Of a stretch of DNA of 64,000 nucleotides, positions 51,878 to 61,936 are shown in pieces. The stretch lies in assembly GCA_945892985.1 (NCBI GenBank), contig CAMDDU010000003.1:62060-126059 (forward strand). The letters are read 5' to 3'. A program made the translations under genes and the position numbers. Each line of letters starts with the position of its first letter. Position 1 is the stretch's first letter. Source of the DNA: Bordetella parapertussis (GTDB lineage Bacteria > Pseudomonadota > Gammaproteobacteria > Burkholderiales > SG8-39). A model generated the notes under the pieces. That model ran no database searches. It was not told where the DNA came from and saw nothing but the letters and a program-made list of their open reading frames with translations.

Positions 51878-52663
51878 TCAGCGTCCTCTGAACTGTGGGG
51901 CGCGTTTTTCGATAAAAGCCTTGACGCCCTCGCGATAATCGTCGCTGACGCCGAGCTTGCGCTGGATATCCCGTTCCAGATCCAATTGGGTGTCGAGCGT
52001 GCTGTTGGCGCTCTCTTGCAGCGCGTGCTTGATGGCGGCTATACCGAGCGTGGGCGCGGTGGCAAAATGCGCCGCGAGCTTCCGTGCCTCGGGGAGCAGG
52101 TCGGCGTCATCAACGGCGCGCCAGATCAATCCCCACTCAGCGGCTTTTTCTGCGGATAATTTTTCCCCCAGCATCGCAAGGGCGCGTGCCCGCGCGTCGC
52201 CGACCAAGCGGGGTAGCCAGTAGGTGCCGCCAGAGTCCGGTATCAGGCCTATCTTGCAGAACGCCTGGACGAATGATGCCGATTTGGCGGCAATTACAAA
52301 ATCACAGGCTAGTGCGATATTGGCACCGGCACCAGCTGCGACGCCGTTTACCGCGGCGATGACCGGCAGGGGCAGAGCGCGCAATGCGCGGACCAGTGGA
52401 TTGTAGTACTCGCCGATGGTATGCCCCAGATCGGGGGGCGCAGCACCGGGACTCATGTTGCGCTGTTCAAGGTCCTGTCCGGCGCAAAACCCCCGTCCGG
52501 CTCCGGTGATTATAAGAGCGCGGGTTTCGGGAGTTTTTTCGATGGTCTCTAGCGCGGCACGCATTTCGGCATGCATTGCCGCGGTGAAACTGTTGAGCTT
52601 TTCCGGCCGGTTTAGGGTGAGTACTGCATAACCATCGGCCTGCTCGAGAAGGATGTCACTCAT
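51878..52663 (-). CDS. paaG: 2-(1,2-epoxy-1,2-dihydrophenyl)acetyl-CoA isomerase
   Basis: Crotonase motifs LNRPEKLNSF, GFCAGQDL, YYNPLV, GLIPDSGGT; adjacent to paaI. Confidence 0.9.
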   Translation of the reverse strand: MSDILLEQADGYAVLTLNRPEKLNSFTAAMHAEMRAALETIEKTPETRALIITGAGRGFCAGQDLEQRNMSPGAAPPDLGHTIGEYYNPLVRALRALPLPVIAAVNGVAAGAGANIALACDFVIAAKSASFVQAFCKIGLIPDSGGTYWLPRLVGDARARALAMLGEKLSAEKAAEWGLIWRAVDDADLLPEARKLAAHFATAPTLGIAAIKHALQESANSTLDTQLDLERDIQRKLGVSDDYREGVKAFIEKRAPQFRGR

Positions 52664-52946
52664 GCGTGCGCTCGCTTTGCGTGTTTTTTCTGGCAAGAAG
52701 TCTAGCATCCTGTGTACGCTAATCGGACCGATAAAAATCGATGGCCAGCGGGCTTGTTGCAGGTTCCTCTCTTTTGCATGCATTGTCGCGGGGCAATTGC
52801 TCTGAGACAGCGATCTGTTCATATATTACTTCGGACCTCGAAAAAGCGGCCTCTAGGGCCAGGGCTGTCGTCAGGGTTGATCGCGTGAAGGAGAATTTTT
52901 TTGTGCTTGTTTCGGTGCTTTTCCGTCGTTTTGGAGCCCGGCCGCC

Positions 52947-52975
52947 TTGACAGGCATTTGCCATGGCACGAGAAT
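52947..52975 (+). promoter_or_regulatory. Putative sigma70 promoter of the argD leader
   Basis: TTGACA (52947-52952)-N17-GAGAAT (52970-52975). Confidence 0.55.
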
Positions 52976-52982
52976 GAACTCT

Positions 52983-53045
52983 ATGATTTTCTGTGTCCAT
53001 CGCAGTCTGTTTTTTCTCTTTTCAAGGGACCTGCGCGCGGCCTGA
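52983..53045 (+). CDS. Putative 20-aa leader peptide MIFCVHRSLFFLFSRDLRAA upstream of argD
   Basis: ATG 7 nt after the -10 hexamer; three Arg codons (CGC, AGG, CGC); stop 23 nt before a terminator hairpin. Confidence 0.5.
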   Translation: MIFCVHRSLFFLFSRDLRAA

Positions 53046-53068
53046 CGCTGTAATGCGTCGCGAATATG

Positions 53069-53104
53069 AAAGCCACAGACTAGACGCTGTGGCTTTTTAG
53101 TTTT
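53069..53104 (+). terminator. Intrinsic terminator (attenuator) in the argD 5' leader
   Basis: AAAGCCACAG/CTGTGGCTTT stem followed by TTAGTTTT, about 45 nt before the argD ATG; the neighbouring gene is divergent. Confidence 0.75.
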
Positions 53105-53147
53105 AGCCAAAATTATCGGATGTAACGATTTTCTGAAAGAGAGAAAA

Positions 53148-54326
53148 ATGAAGTCAAGTGACTACCCGCTAAATGCATTGATGCAGATAACCAGCCGGCC
53201 TGAACTGGTGTTTGTTTCCGGTGAGGGTTCCTGGTTGTCTGATAGCGAGGGACGCCGCTATCTGGATTTCATTCAAGGATGGGCGGTCAACTGTCTGGGC
53301 CATTCGCCTAAGGAAATTGTCGATGCCCTGGACAAGCAGGCGCGCACGCTCATCAACTGCAGCCCAGCCTTTTACAACGAACCGTCGACGCGCCTTGCGC
53401 AGATGATTACGGCAACATCCGGGCTCGATCGGGTATTTTTTGCCAATAGTGGCGCGGAAGCCAATGAGGGTGCGATAAAACTGGCGCGTAAATGGGGTGG
53501 ATTGCACCGCAAGGGCGCGTACAAAATCATCACCTTCGACCACGCATTTCACGGGCGCACGCTTGCGACCATGTCGGCGTCGGGTAAGCCCAATTGGGAC
53601 AAATTATTCGAGCCCAAGGTGCCCGGTTTCCCGAAAGCCGACCTGAACGACCTTGCTTCGGTCAAGGCGTTGCTGGCCGACGATGTGACCGCGATCATGC
53701 TTGAGCCCACGCAAGGTGAGGCGGGTGTTTTGCCGGCGACTAAGGATTTTTTGCAAGCATTGCGCGAACTCACGCAACGCGAGGGGATGTTGCTTATTTT
53801 GGACGAGGTGCAAACAGGGATTGGCCGCACCGGGACTCTTTATGGATTTGAGCATTCCGGGGTTCGTCCTGACATCATGACCTTGGGCAAGGGGATTGGC
53901 GGCGGTGTTCCGCTCGCGGCGCTGGTCGCGGCAGAGGCGGTCTGCTGCTTTGAAACGGGCGACCAGGGGGGGACTTATAACGGCAACGCGCTCATGGCCG
54001 CCGTCGGTTGCGCAGTAATGCAGACGGTTGGCGCGCCAGGCTTCCTGCAAAGGGTAAACGAGGCTGGCGGTGTGCTGCGTGCCGGACTGCTTGCCTTGTC
54101 CGTGAAGCACGGTTTGGGAGAGGTCCGCGGTGACGGGCTGCTGCAGGCGCTGGAACTCGGCAGTGACATTGGTGCTGCGCTGGTTGAGCAGGCGCGTGTT
54201 GAGGGGCTTCTGCTCAATTCACCCCGGCCGGCGACCTTGCGTTTCATGCCCGCGCTGAATGTTTCAGACGCGGAAATCCGGCAAATGCTCGCCGGTCTGG
54301 ACAGCCTGCTTGTTCGCCTCAAATAA
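53148..54326 (+). CDS. argD: Acetylornithine aminotransferase
   Basis: [52 protein letters not shown]. Confidence 0.88.
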   Translation: MKSSDYPLNALMQITSRPELVFVSGEGSWLSDSEGRRYLDFIQGWAVNCLGHSPKEIVDALDKQARTLINCSPAFYNEPSTRLAQMITATSGLDRVFFANSGAEANEGAIKLARKWGGLHRKGAYKIITFDHAFHGRTLATMSASGKPNWDKLFEPKVPGFPKADLNDLASVKALLADDVTAIMLEPTQGEAGVLPATKDFLQALRELTQREGMLLILDEVQTGIGRTGTLYGFEHSGVRPDIMTLGKGIGGGVPLAALVAAEAVCCFETGDQGGTYNGNALMAAVGCAVMQTVGAPGFLQRVNEAGGVLRAGLLALSVKHGLGEVRGDGLLQALELGSDIGAALVEQARVEGLLLNSPRPATLRFMPALNVSDAEIRQMLAGLDSLLVRLK

Positions 54327-55071
54327 GCCCGCGCAAGCCGTCCCATAACAGTTTTGTACCGGTTAGGAAGAATGCGACGTAGACAATCCTGAAGAACAGG
54401 ACGGGGTCGATGCGCTTATGCAGCCACACGCCAAGTCGTGTGCCTGCGACGCCAAGCGGGATAAGGGCCAGGGACGTCAGCAGGTTGCGGGCATCGAACA
54501 GATCCAGCCCCCAATAGGGCAGGATTTTGGCGTAGTTCATACTCCCGAAAAAAATCAGGGAGGTCGCGACGAACGCTGTTTTATCCAGCCGTTGAACCAG
54601 CAGGTACACCGATAAGGGAGGCCCCCCCGCGTGCGCAACAAAGCTGGTAAATCCGGAAATGCTGCCCCAGAACCAGCCATGGCCTGCCGATAGCTGCGGG
54701 CGTTCGACGCCATGTTTTTTTGTCAGGTTGTAAGCGAGAAATCCTAACGAGATCAGGCCCAGCATCAAACGGATCCAGTCGTTGTTTAGGTGGCTGAAAG
54801 TCAGTGTTCCGGCAATGATGCCGATGAATCCGGCGGGAACAATCACCTTCATTACCCGTTTGTCCCATTTGCCCCAATAGGCCTGGAACCCGGTTAGGTC
54901 CATGATGCACAGGACAGGCAGCATGATCGCGGCCGCCTGCGGAGGTGCGATGACCAGCGCCATAATTGGAACGCCAAAGCCGCCGACGCCGCCTCCGAGC
55001 CCGCCCTTGGAAATGCCGGTCAGGAGCACGGCGACGACAGCCACCAGCCAGAACCACGGATCGGTGATCAA
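54319..55071 (-). CDS. TauE/SafE (TSUP) sulfite exporter family membrane protein
   Basis: [25 protein letters not shown]. Confidence 0.9.
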   Translation of the reverse strand: MITDPWFWLVAVVAVLLTGISKGGLGGGVGGFGVPIMALVIAPPQAAAIMLPVLCIMDLTGFQAYWGKWDKRVMKVIVPAGFIGIIAGTLTFSHLNNDWIRLMLGLISLGFLAYNLTKKHGVERPQLSAGHGWFWGSISGFTSFVAHAGGPPLSVYLLVQRLDKTAFVATSLIFFGSMNYAKILPYWGLDLFDARNLLTSLALIPLGVAGTRLGVWLHKRIDPVLFFRIVYVAFFLTGTKLLWDGLRGLI

Positions 55072-55144
55072 ACCGCTGCCTTGAGGACTTTTCCGGTCTG
55101 GCTGGTCTTGCAGATTGTGCTATCCGTCATTTTGTGGGCGATGT

Positions 55145-56203
55145 TCAGAGCAGTTTGCATACGGCTTTGGTTACGTCAGCGGTGGTGGCGTTGCCACCCA
55201 GGTCGGGGGTGAATATCTGACGCGCCGTGACCGTTTCGATGGCCTTCATCAGCTGCTTCGCAGCGGCGGGCTCGCCCAGATGCTCAAGCATCATCGCAGC
55301 GGTCCAGAATGTGGCGATGGGATTGGCTATGCCTTTTCCCGTGATGTCAAAGGCCGAGCCGTGTATCGGTTCGAACATCGACGGGAATTCACGCTCCGGA
55401 TTCAGGTTTGCGGTGGGCGCGATGCCCAGACTCCCTGACAGTGCCGCGGCCAGATCGGAAAGAATGTCGGCGTGCAGATTGGAGGCGACGATGACATCGA
55501 GCGACTCCGGTTTGCTGACCATCATGGTGGTGACCGCATCAACGAGAACCCTTTGGATTTTAACTTTCGGGTACTCCTTTGCGACTTCGTAAAACACCTC
55601 ATCCCACAACACCATGCCATGGCGTTGCGCATTGGATTTTGTGACGAGTGTGAGATGCCGGCGCGGCCGTTTCATGGCCAGTTCAAAAGCAAACCGGTGG
55701 ATGCGGGCCGAGCCACTACGGGTGAATACGGAGATTTCGGTGGCCAGCTCCGCGGGAAGTCCGCGATGCACGCGACCGCCCGAGCCGGAATATTCGCCCT
55801 CTGAATTTTCACGGATGATCACCCAGTCGATCTTTTCGGCATTCTTTAACGGACTTTGCACGCCTGGCAGCACCCGCGCCGGTCTAACGTTGGCATATTG
55901 GTCAAAGCCCTGGCAGATGGGCAGGCGCAAGCCCCATAGCGATATGTGATCGGGCACCTTGGGGGACCCCACCGCGCCAAAGAAAATCGCGTCGAATTTC
56001 TTCAGCTGCTCAAGGCCGCCCTCCGGGATATACCAACCACGGCGCAGGTAAAGGTCGCTGCCCCATAAAAAAGTCTTGAAGTTGAAGGCGAAACGGCCAG
56101 AGCTTTTGGCGACTCCATTTAATACCCGGATTCCCGCCGGTATGACTTCCTTGCCTATACCGTCGCCGGGGATTGCGGCGATCCGAAAAAGTTTTTTAGC
56201 CAT
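55145..56203 (-). CDS. Tartrate/D-malate dehydrogenase (decarboxylating; IDH/IPMDH family)
   Basis: IPGDGIGKEV, FDQYANVRP, RENSEGEY, TKSNA, ADILSD, FEPIHGSAFDI. Confidence 0.9.
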   Translation of the reverse strand: MAKKLFRIAAIPGDGIGKEVIPAGIRVLNGVAKSSGRFAFNFKTFLWGSDLYLRRGWYIPEGGLEQLKKFDAIFFGAVGSPKVPDHISLWGLRLPICQGFDQYANVRPARVLPGVQSPLKNAEKIDWVIIRENSEGEYSGSGGRVHRGLPAELATEISVFTRSGSARIHRFAFELAMKRPRRHLTLVTKSNAQRHGMVLWDEVFYEVAKEYPKVKIQRVLVDAVTTMMVSKPESLDVIVASNLHADILSDLAAALSGSLGIAPTANLNPEREFPSMFEPIHGSAFDITGKGIANPIATFWTAAMMLEHLGEPAAAKQLMKAIETVTARQIFTPDLGGNATTADVTKAVCKLL

Positions 56204-56356
56204 ATGCGTGGGAATGTATAGATTGCGATGAAGCGGAAAGCGCATGTTGTACGTATGGCGAAGGCGCGTCAAGGCAGGGCATGTTGTGGGCGAGTGATAG
56301 GCTAGAATCCGTCTTGGAAAATCGCGCTTGTTTCAAGGCGCATCGGACCGTTCGCC

Positions 56357-57031
56357 ATGAACCTGCTTGCAATCGAAACCTCGACTGAATATCTCTCCCT
56401 CGCGCTGTCGCGACAGGGGCTGGTTTTCGATCGCCTGATCTTGGCTGGACAAAGGCACTCGGAATTATTGCTGGACGAACTTGACGCTTTACTGGCGTCC
56501 TCGTGTGTCACCATGGCGGAGGTAGATGCGGTGATATTCGGCGCAGGGCCAGGTTCGTTTACCGGCTTGCGCATCGCCTGCGGAGTCGCCCAGGGCCTCG
56601 CGCTGGCGCGTGGGATTCCCTTGATTGCCATCGGCAGTCTGGAAGCGCTGGCAGAGGCCGCACAGGCGGAAAAGGTGGTGGTCTGTCTCGATGCCCGCAT
56701 GGGGGAGGTCTACCACGGAGCCTATGTAAAGTGCGGGTCGGCAAAGTGGAAAGAAATCTGCCCTCCGGGTCTGTTTGCCCCAGAATCGGTTCCTGCGCTT
56801 CCTGGAAAGGGCTGGACTGGTTGCGGTAGTGGTTTTGTGCTTCATGGAGCGATGCTGCAAAAACGCTATGGTGATTCGCTCGTTGCGACGATGCCGGATT
56901 TTTTTCCGCAGGCTTCGGCGATGTTGCGCCTTGCAGTGCCTCGCTTCTTGAACAACGAGGGTATTGATGCGGCCCTTGCGGCGCCATTTTATGTCCGCGA
57001 CAAAGTAGCGCTTAAAACAAACGAACGTTGA
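56357..57031 (+). CDS. tsaB: tRNA threonylcarbamoyladenosine biosynthesis protein TsaB
   Basis: LAIETST, GPGSFTGLRI, DARMGEVY. Confidence 0.95.
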   Translation: MNLLAIETSTEYLSLALSRQGLVFDRLILAGQRHSELLLDELDALLASSCVTMAEVDAVIFGAGPGSFTGLRIACGVAQGLALARGIPLIAIGSLEALAEAAQAEKVVVCLDARMGEVYHGAYVKCGSAKWKEICPPGLFAPESVPALPGKGWTGCGSGFVLHGAMLQKRYGDSLVATMPDFFPQASAMLRLAVPRFLNNEGIDAALAAPFYVRDKVALKTNER

Positions 57032-57047
57032 AACTTCCCGGATTCCA

Positions 57048-57509
57048 ATGAGTGCCGTCCTGCAAGCCCGATCAGAGCTGAGACCCATGTTGCCCACTGA
57101 TCTTAATGCGGTGATGCGCATCGAGGAGGAGATCTATGAGTTCCCGTGGACCCGCGGAAATTTTCGTGATTCTCTCGCCGCCGGCTATCGTTGCTCGATG
57201 CTTTTGGAGGCAGGACAGGTCCTCGGTTATGCCGTCCTCATCCACGCGGCGGATGAGGCGCACCTGTTGAACTTGAGTATTGCGCTAAGTTTCCAGGGTC
57301 GCGGTTTTGGCGGACGACTGCTGGAGTCGGAAATGGCGGCCGCGCGCGATTATGGCGCGACGCAGCTGTTCCTTGAGGTTCGGACCTCGAATATCGGGGC
57401 CCAACGACTTTATGCGAAGCACGGATTCGATGTGATAGGAATGCGGCGAAATTATTATCCGGCACGCGATGGACGGGAGGACGCAAACGTCCTTTCTCGA
57501 AAGCTTTGA
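57048..57509 (+). CDS. rimI: Ribosomal protein S18 alanine N-acetyltransferase
   Basis: FPWTRGNF, LEVRTSN, RRNYY, REDA; follows tsaB. Confidence 0.93.
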   Translation: MSAVLQARSELRPMLPTDLNAVMRIEEEIYEFPWTRGNFRDSLAAGYRCSMLLEAGQVLGYAVLIHAADEAHLLNLSIALSFQGRGFGGRLLESEMAAARDYGATQLFLEVRTSNIGAQRLYAKHGFDVIGMRRNYYPARDGREDANVLSRKL

Positions 57510-58282
57510 GTTCACGCCGCGGGATTCTGTTGGAAGAGTTGGGCCTGGCCCCGGTCTGGCGTTCACGCGATTGTGAGATAGACCAAGGCAGGGACGAAGC
57601 GCTTGCAAGGGCTTCTGCCGAGGTCATCGGCAATCCAGCGCCTTTGCCGATATCCATTAGAACAACGGGGGCAGACTCCGATCGTCCAGCGCGAATAGTG
57701 CGTATGGACTGGCCCGCACTTAAGCAAAGCGTTGAGGCTTGCGACGCCTGCGGCTTGCACAAGAGTCGGAAAAAGACGGTATTCGGCGTTGGTGACGAAA
57801 CAGCGGATTGGTTGCTGATCGGGGAGGCCCCAGGGGTGGAGGAAGATGCGCGTGGCGAGCCCTTCGTCGGCCAGGCCGGGCTGTTGCTGGACAACATGAT
57901 TGCAGCGATCGGATTGGAGCGGGGGAAAAACGTCTATCTATCCAACATCCTTAAGTGTAGTCCTCCGGGGAACAGGAATCCGGATCCGGGCGAGGTGGCG
58001 CAGTGCAGGCCGTATTTGTCACGTCAGCTTGCGTTGATCCGGCCAAAGCTTATTCTTGCGATGGGGCGATTCGCTACGCAAGCCCTTCTGGGTACCGATG
58101 CGAACATCGTCAGCTTGCGCGGCCGCGTGCATACCTACGAGGGCGTACCCGTGATTGTTACTTACCATCCGACGTATCTGTTGCGCACGCCTGCGGACAA
58201 GTTCAAGGCGTGGGAAGATCTTTGCCTGGCCAGCAAGACGATGCATGGCTTGCTTTCTGGCGCCCAGACCCCAAGCGACTGA
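57506..58282 (+). CDS. Family-4 uracil-DNA glycosylase (Fe-S)
   Basis: CDACGL, IGEAPG, PFVGQAG, KCSPPGNR, TYHP. Confidence 0.92.
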   Translation: MSSRRGILLEELGLAPVWRSRDCEIDQGRDEALARASAEVIGNPAPLPISIRTTGADSDRPARIVRMDWPALKQSVEACDACGLHKSRKKTVFGVGDETADWLLIGEAPGVEEDARGEPFVGQAGLLLDNMIAAIGLERGKNVYLSNILKCSPPGNRNPDPGEVAQCRPYLSRQLALIRPKLILAMGRFATQALLGTDANIVSLRGRVHTYEGVPVIVTYHPTYLLRTPADKFKAWEDLCLASKTMHGLLSGAQTPSD

Positions 58283-58612
58283 TACGTCATCAGGGGTATT
58301 GACGCGGGCAGCGACCTCTAGCGCACGCTGCCCACGGCAGGATGGCGTTAGTTAGTAATGGGCTAGCGGATGACCCCTTGGAATCTGAGCGCGTATTCTG
58401 CGGCGGAGCCTCCAGCGGGGAGTCCTCCTCCGCATTGAACAGCGACGGTGATGTTCATTTGGGCGAGCGGCAAATAGGCGTCTACTTTAGAATCGGACTT
58501 CCCCACCGCGGAGGCGCTCAGTAAGTGCCCATTTCAAGATCATGTTCAGGCGCAATAGCTTAATGTCCCGACCTTGGTCGGGGCGATGCGCTTGCGCTGC
58601 TGCTGGTCCGGC

Positions 58613-60310
58613 ATGATCCGTTTTCGCACATTCCAGAGCCGGGTCGTTTTCTTCTTTCTCGGATTGTTGTCTCTGGTTCAATTGGTGGTCTTCCTGACCG
58701 TCGATATTACCAATGCCCGATACGCAAAACGGCAGATCGAGGTGGCGTTGGAACTTGGCGTGGTCGGGCTTAACCGGTTGATCGAAATCCGAACCGAGCA
58801 ACTGTCCCAGACGGTGAGAATGCTTGCGGCCGATCAGGCTTTCAGGGCAGCCATGGGCGGTGCTGACGAGAATGCCGCGCGCACAATCCTGCAAGCCTAT
58901 CGCGAACGTGTTCGCGCCGATATGTTGATGTTGACCCTTCCGGCGAAGGGCTTGTCCGGCAGAGGCATTGTCCCGGAACTCGATGCCGTGTTACGGAGTG
59001 CCGAGAAAGGCGAACGTGCCTGGGCCGTCGTTACGATTGATCAGATTACCTACCAGGTCCTGGTTCAGCCAATCGAAGCGCCGGGAAGACTGTCATGGGT
59101 GGTGGCCGGCTTCAAAGTAGGTGATGAACTCGCGCGCGAGCTTGGGCAGTTCACGAAACTTGATATTTCGTTTGTGCAGACGGATTCTACGGGGGCATCA
59201 GCGATCCTCGCGACATCACTCGCTCCGCCGCAGCGAGCAGGACTTGCCACGGCGGTCTCTGCCATTGCCGCCGGGGCGGACCGCATCATCGAGTTCAGTA
59301 TCGCCGGCGAGGACTATCTCAATCTTGCCACGCCCATCGGGGTGCGCGGAGAAAAACCGGTGAGCGTGATTATGCAGCGTTCCCTCGGGCAGGAGTTAAA
59401 ACCCTTTCAGCAGTTGCGTGCAGCCGTCTTCGTGCTTTCCTGCGGTGGCCTTGTTCTTTCGCTGTTCGGCGCGTTCTACATCGCCCGGAGCGTGACTGAG
59501 CCGGTGAGGGCATTGGCCCGTGCCGCTCGCAGTGTCGAGACGGGAAATTACGACCAAGCCGTGGAAGTGGCGCAGCAGGACGAACTTGGAGATCTCGCGG
59601 CAAGCTTCAACCGCATGACGCGCGGCCTGGCGGAGCGGGACAAGGTGCGAAATCTCCTTGGCAAGGTTGTCTCGCATGCCATTGCGGAAAAACTTTTGTC
59701 ACAGGACGTTATGCTGGGTGGCGAAGAGCGCGAGGTCACCGTGATGTTCGCGGATTTGCGCGGGTTTACCTCTTTTTGCGAGAAGCAACCGGCACAAGAT
59801 GTGGTTGCCGTACTCAATTTATACCTGACGCGCATCAGCGAAATCATCGAGGCCAACAACGGTGTGGTGGACAAATATCTGGGCGATGGGGTGATGGCCT
59901 TGTTCGGGGCGCCGGTCTCATATGATGATGATTGTGGCAATGCGCTCAGGGCATCGCTGCAAATCCGCAATGCGCTCGCTGAAATGAATCTGGCGATTCA
60001 GACGCGGGGAATGCCCTCGCTTGATTTGGGCATCGGGGTGAACACGGCGATGGTGGTGGCTGGCAACATGGGCAGTCCGTCCCGGCTCAACTACACGGTT
60101 GTCGGCGACGGTGTGAACCTTGCGGCGAGGCTGCAGGCCCTGGCAAAGGACGGTGTTTTCGGTATGGGGGTGATTACCACTGAGGCGACCCTCAGCCGCT
60201 CCAGGCGCCGCTTCGACACGCGGTTTTTGGGTGAGGTCGATGTGCGCGGCAAGAGTGCGCAGGTGACTGTTTATTCGGTTTTGGCGGAATCGGCTACGCC
60301 TGAGGCGTGA
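58613..60310 (+). CDS. Membrane-bound class III adenylate cyclase with HAMP domain
   Basis: Two TM segments, HAMP motif DELGDLAASFNRM, FADLRGFT, DKYLGDG, YTVVGDGVNLAARL. Confidence 0.9.
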   Translation: MIRFRTFQSRVVFFFLGLLSLVQLVVFLTVDITNARYAKRQIEVALELGVVGLNRLIEIRTEQLSQTVRMLAADQAFRAAMGGADENAARTILQAYRERVRADMLMLTLPAKGLSGRGIVPELDAVLRSAEKGERAWAVVTIDQITYQVLVQPIEAPGRLSWVVAGFKVGDELARELGQFTKLDISFVQTDSTGASAILATSLAPPQRAGLATAVSAIAAGADRIIEFSIAGEDYLNLATPIGVRGEKPVSVIMQRSLGQELKPFQQLRAAVFVLSCGGLVLSLFGAFYIARSVTEPVRALARAARSVETGNYDQAVEVAQQDELGDLAASFNRMTRGLAERDKVRNLLGKVVSHAIAEKLLSQDVMLGGEEREVTVMFADLRGFTSFCEKQPAQDVVAVLNLYLTRISEIIEANNGVVDKYLGDGVMALFGAPVSYDDDCGNALRASLQIRNALAEMNLAIQTRGMPSLDLGIGVNTAMVVAGNMGSPSRLNYTVVGDGVNLAARLQALAKDGVFGMGVITTEATLSRSRRRFDTRFLGEVDVRGKSAQVTVYSVLAESATPEA

Positions 60311-60313
60311 TGC

Positions 60314-61609
60314 TTAGTGCTTTTCGATCCCGATGAGGTGCATCGAATCGCCCTGCTTTTGATTAGATGCATGCCGTTTCATGATCAGCCACATCGTCGT
60401 TGATACCGACAGTCCGAACAGGATGATAATGGTGTTGATGTGAAAGTTGTATTTGATCATCAGGGCGTAGAGTGCAAGCATGAAGAGGATGTTCAGATTC
60501 TCGTTAAAATTCTGCACCGCAATGGAGTGCCCCGCGGATAGCAGCACGTGGCCGCGGTGTTGCAGCAGGGCGTTCATTGGCACGACAAAAAAACCGGCTA
60601 CTGCGCCGATCAGAACAAGCAGGAAGTAAACCAGCGGCATCCAGGTCACGAAAATCAGGATACAGACAAAAAATCCCATGATGATACCGAGTGGCAGCAC
60701 GGACAGGGATCGGCGTAGCGGCACAAAGCGCCCGGCTAATATGGCGCCGATCGCGATACCTACGGCCACAACCCCCTGCAAAATCGCGCCTCGATCCAGA
60801 GGCAGGTGCAGATGGCTTTCGGCCCATTTGAGCACAATGAACTGCAGGGTCGCGCCGGCGCCCCAGAACAGGGTGGTTACCGCGAGCGAAATCTGCCCGA
60901 GCTTGTCGCGCCAGAGTACGGTCAGGCATCCGGCAAAATCGCGTATCAGAATCAGCGGATTGGTTTGCTGTTTGGGGTAGCGCGCACCGGTGTCGGGTAT
61001 ATGCAGGTTGACTGCTGCCGCCAACAGGTACATGACCGCGATGATCAACAGCGCGGCCTCGTGCGGTGTGTTGACGCCGGTATCGATAAACGGGAAATCG
61101 ATAGAGAGCAACATGGCGGCAATTTTAGGGCTGATCAACATGCCCCCCATCATGGTGCCAAGAATGATGGAGGCGACCGTCAGTCCTTCGATCCAGCCGT
61201 TGGCGACAACCAGTTGTTGCGGCGGCAGCATTTCGGTGAGGATGCCGTATTTTGCCGGCGAATAGGCTGCGGCACCCAAGCCGACGACTGCGTAGGCAAG
61301 GAGTACGGTGAGATGCTCAGGAATCCCGGCGGGAGTGATTTCCTGGGTGAAAAAGAGCAGGCAACAGCCGACAATTTTGATCGTATTCGTAAAGAACATG
61401 ACGCGCCCCTTCGGGAGCGCGTCGGCGAAGGCGCCGACGAACGCAGCGAGGACGACATAAGACACAGTGAAGAAGAACTTGAGCAGGGGCGTCATCCACG
61501 CCGGGCCTTTGAGTTCTATCAGCAGGGCGATTGAAGCGATCAACAACGCATTGTCGGCAAGCGAGGAGAAAAACTGTGCCCCCATCACGGTGTAAAAGCC
61601 GCGCTTCAT
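60314..61609 (-). CDS. lplT: Lysophospholipid transporter (MFS)
   Basis: AQFFSSLADNAL, YSPAKYGIL, LFWGAG, IAVQNFNEN. Confidence 0.93.
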   Translation of the reverse strand: MKRGFYTVMGAQFFSSLADNALLIASIALLIELKGPAWMTPLLKFFFTVSYVVLAAFVGAFADALPKGRVMFFTNTIKIVGCCLLFFTQEITPAGIPEHLTVLLAYAVVGLGAAAYSPAKYGILTEMLPPQQLVVANGWIEGLTVASIILGTMMGGMLISPKIAAMLLSIDFPFIDTGVNTPHEAALLIIAVMYLLAAAVNLHIPDTGARYPKQQTNPLILIRDFAGCLTVLWRDKLGQISLAVTTLFWGAGATLQFIVLKWAESHLHLPLDRGAILQGVVAVGIAIGAILAGRFVPLRRSLSVLPLGIIMGFFVCILIFVTWMPLVYFLLVLIGAVAGFFVVPMNALLQHRGHVLLSAGHSIAVQNFNENLNILFMLALYALMIKYNFHINTIIILFGLSVSTTMWLIMKRHASNQKQGDSMHLIGIEKH

Positions 61610-61936
61610 CGATCCGTTGGTTCCGTATTAAGTTTCGTGATTGGGAGGATAAGTGCGCGGGAGACGGGCCCGCTGCCCGGCTTGAGAGCCTTTAGCTGTT
61701 CCGAATCCGTCAAAACCCCAAACTCGGTGTTGCCGCGCCGGCACCTTGCGGTGCTTGTCATGCTTGCTTTCCTTTGTTGCGTCAACTGCCAAAATCGCAG
61801 CGTGGCGATTTATACCACGAAAAACCGGCTCCAGTTGTAGTCTGCCGCTAGTGATTAAGCGGTGCCACCTCTCGTATAATGTGAGGGGATATGTTACGAA
61901 ACACGGGTGTCACCATTCACGCTCCAAGCCCAGTCC

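Noticed and set aside
51434..52663. paaG-paaI separated from the other paa genes as a novelty
   Set aside because: Split paa clusters are common, and the remaining genes may lie outside the window.
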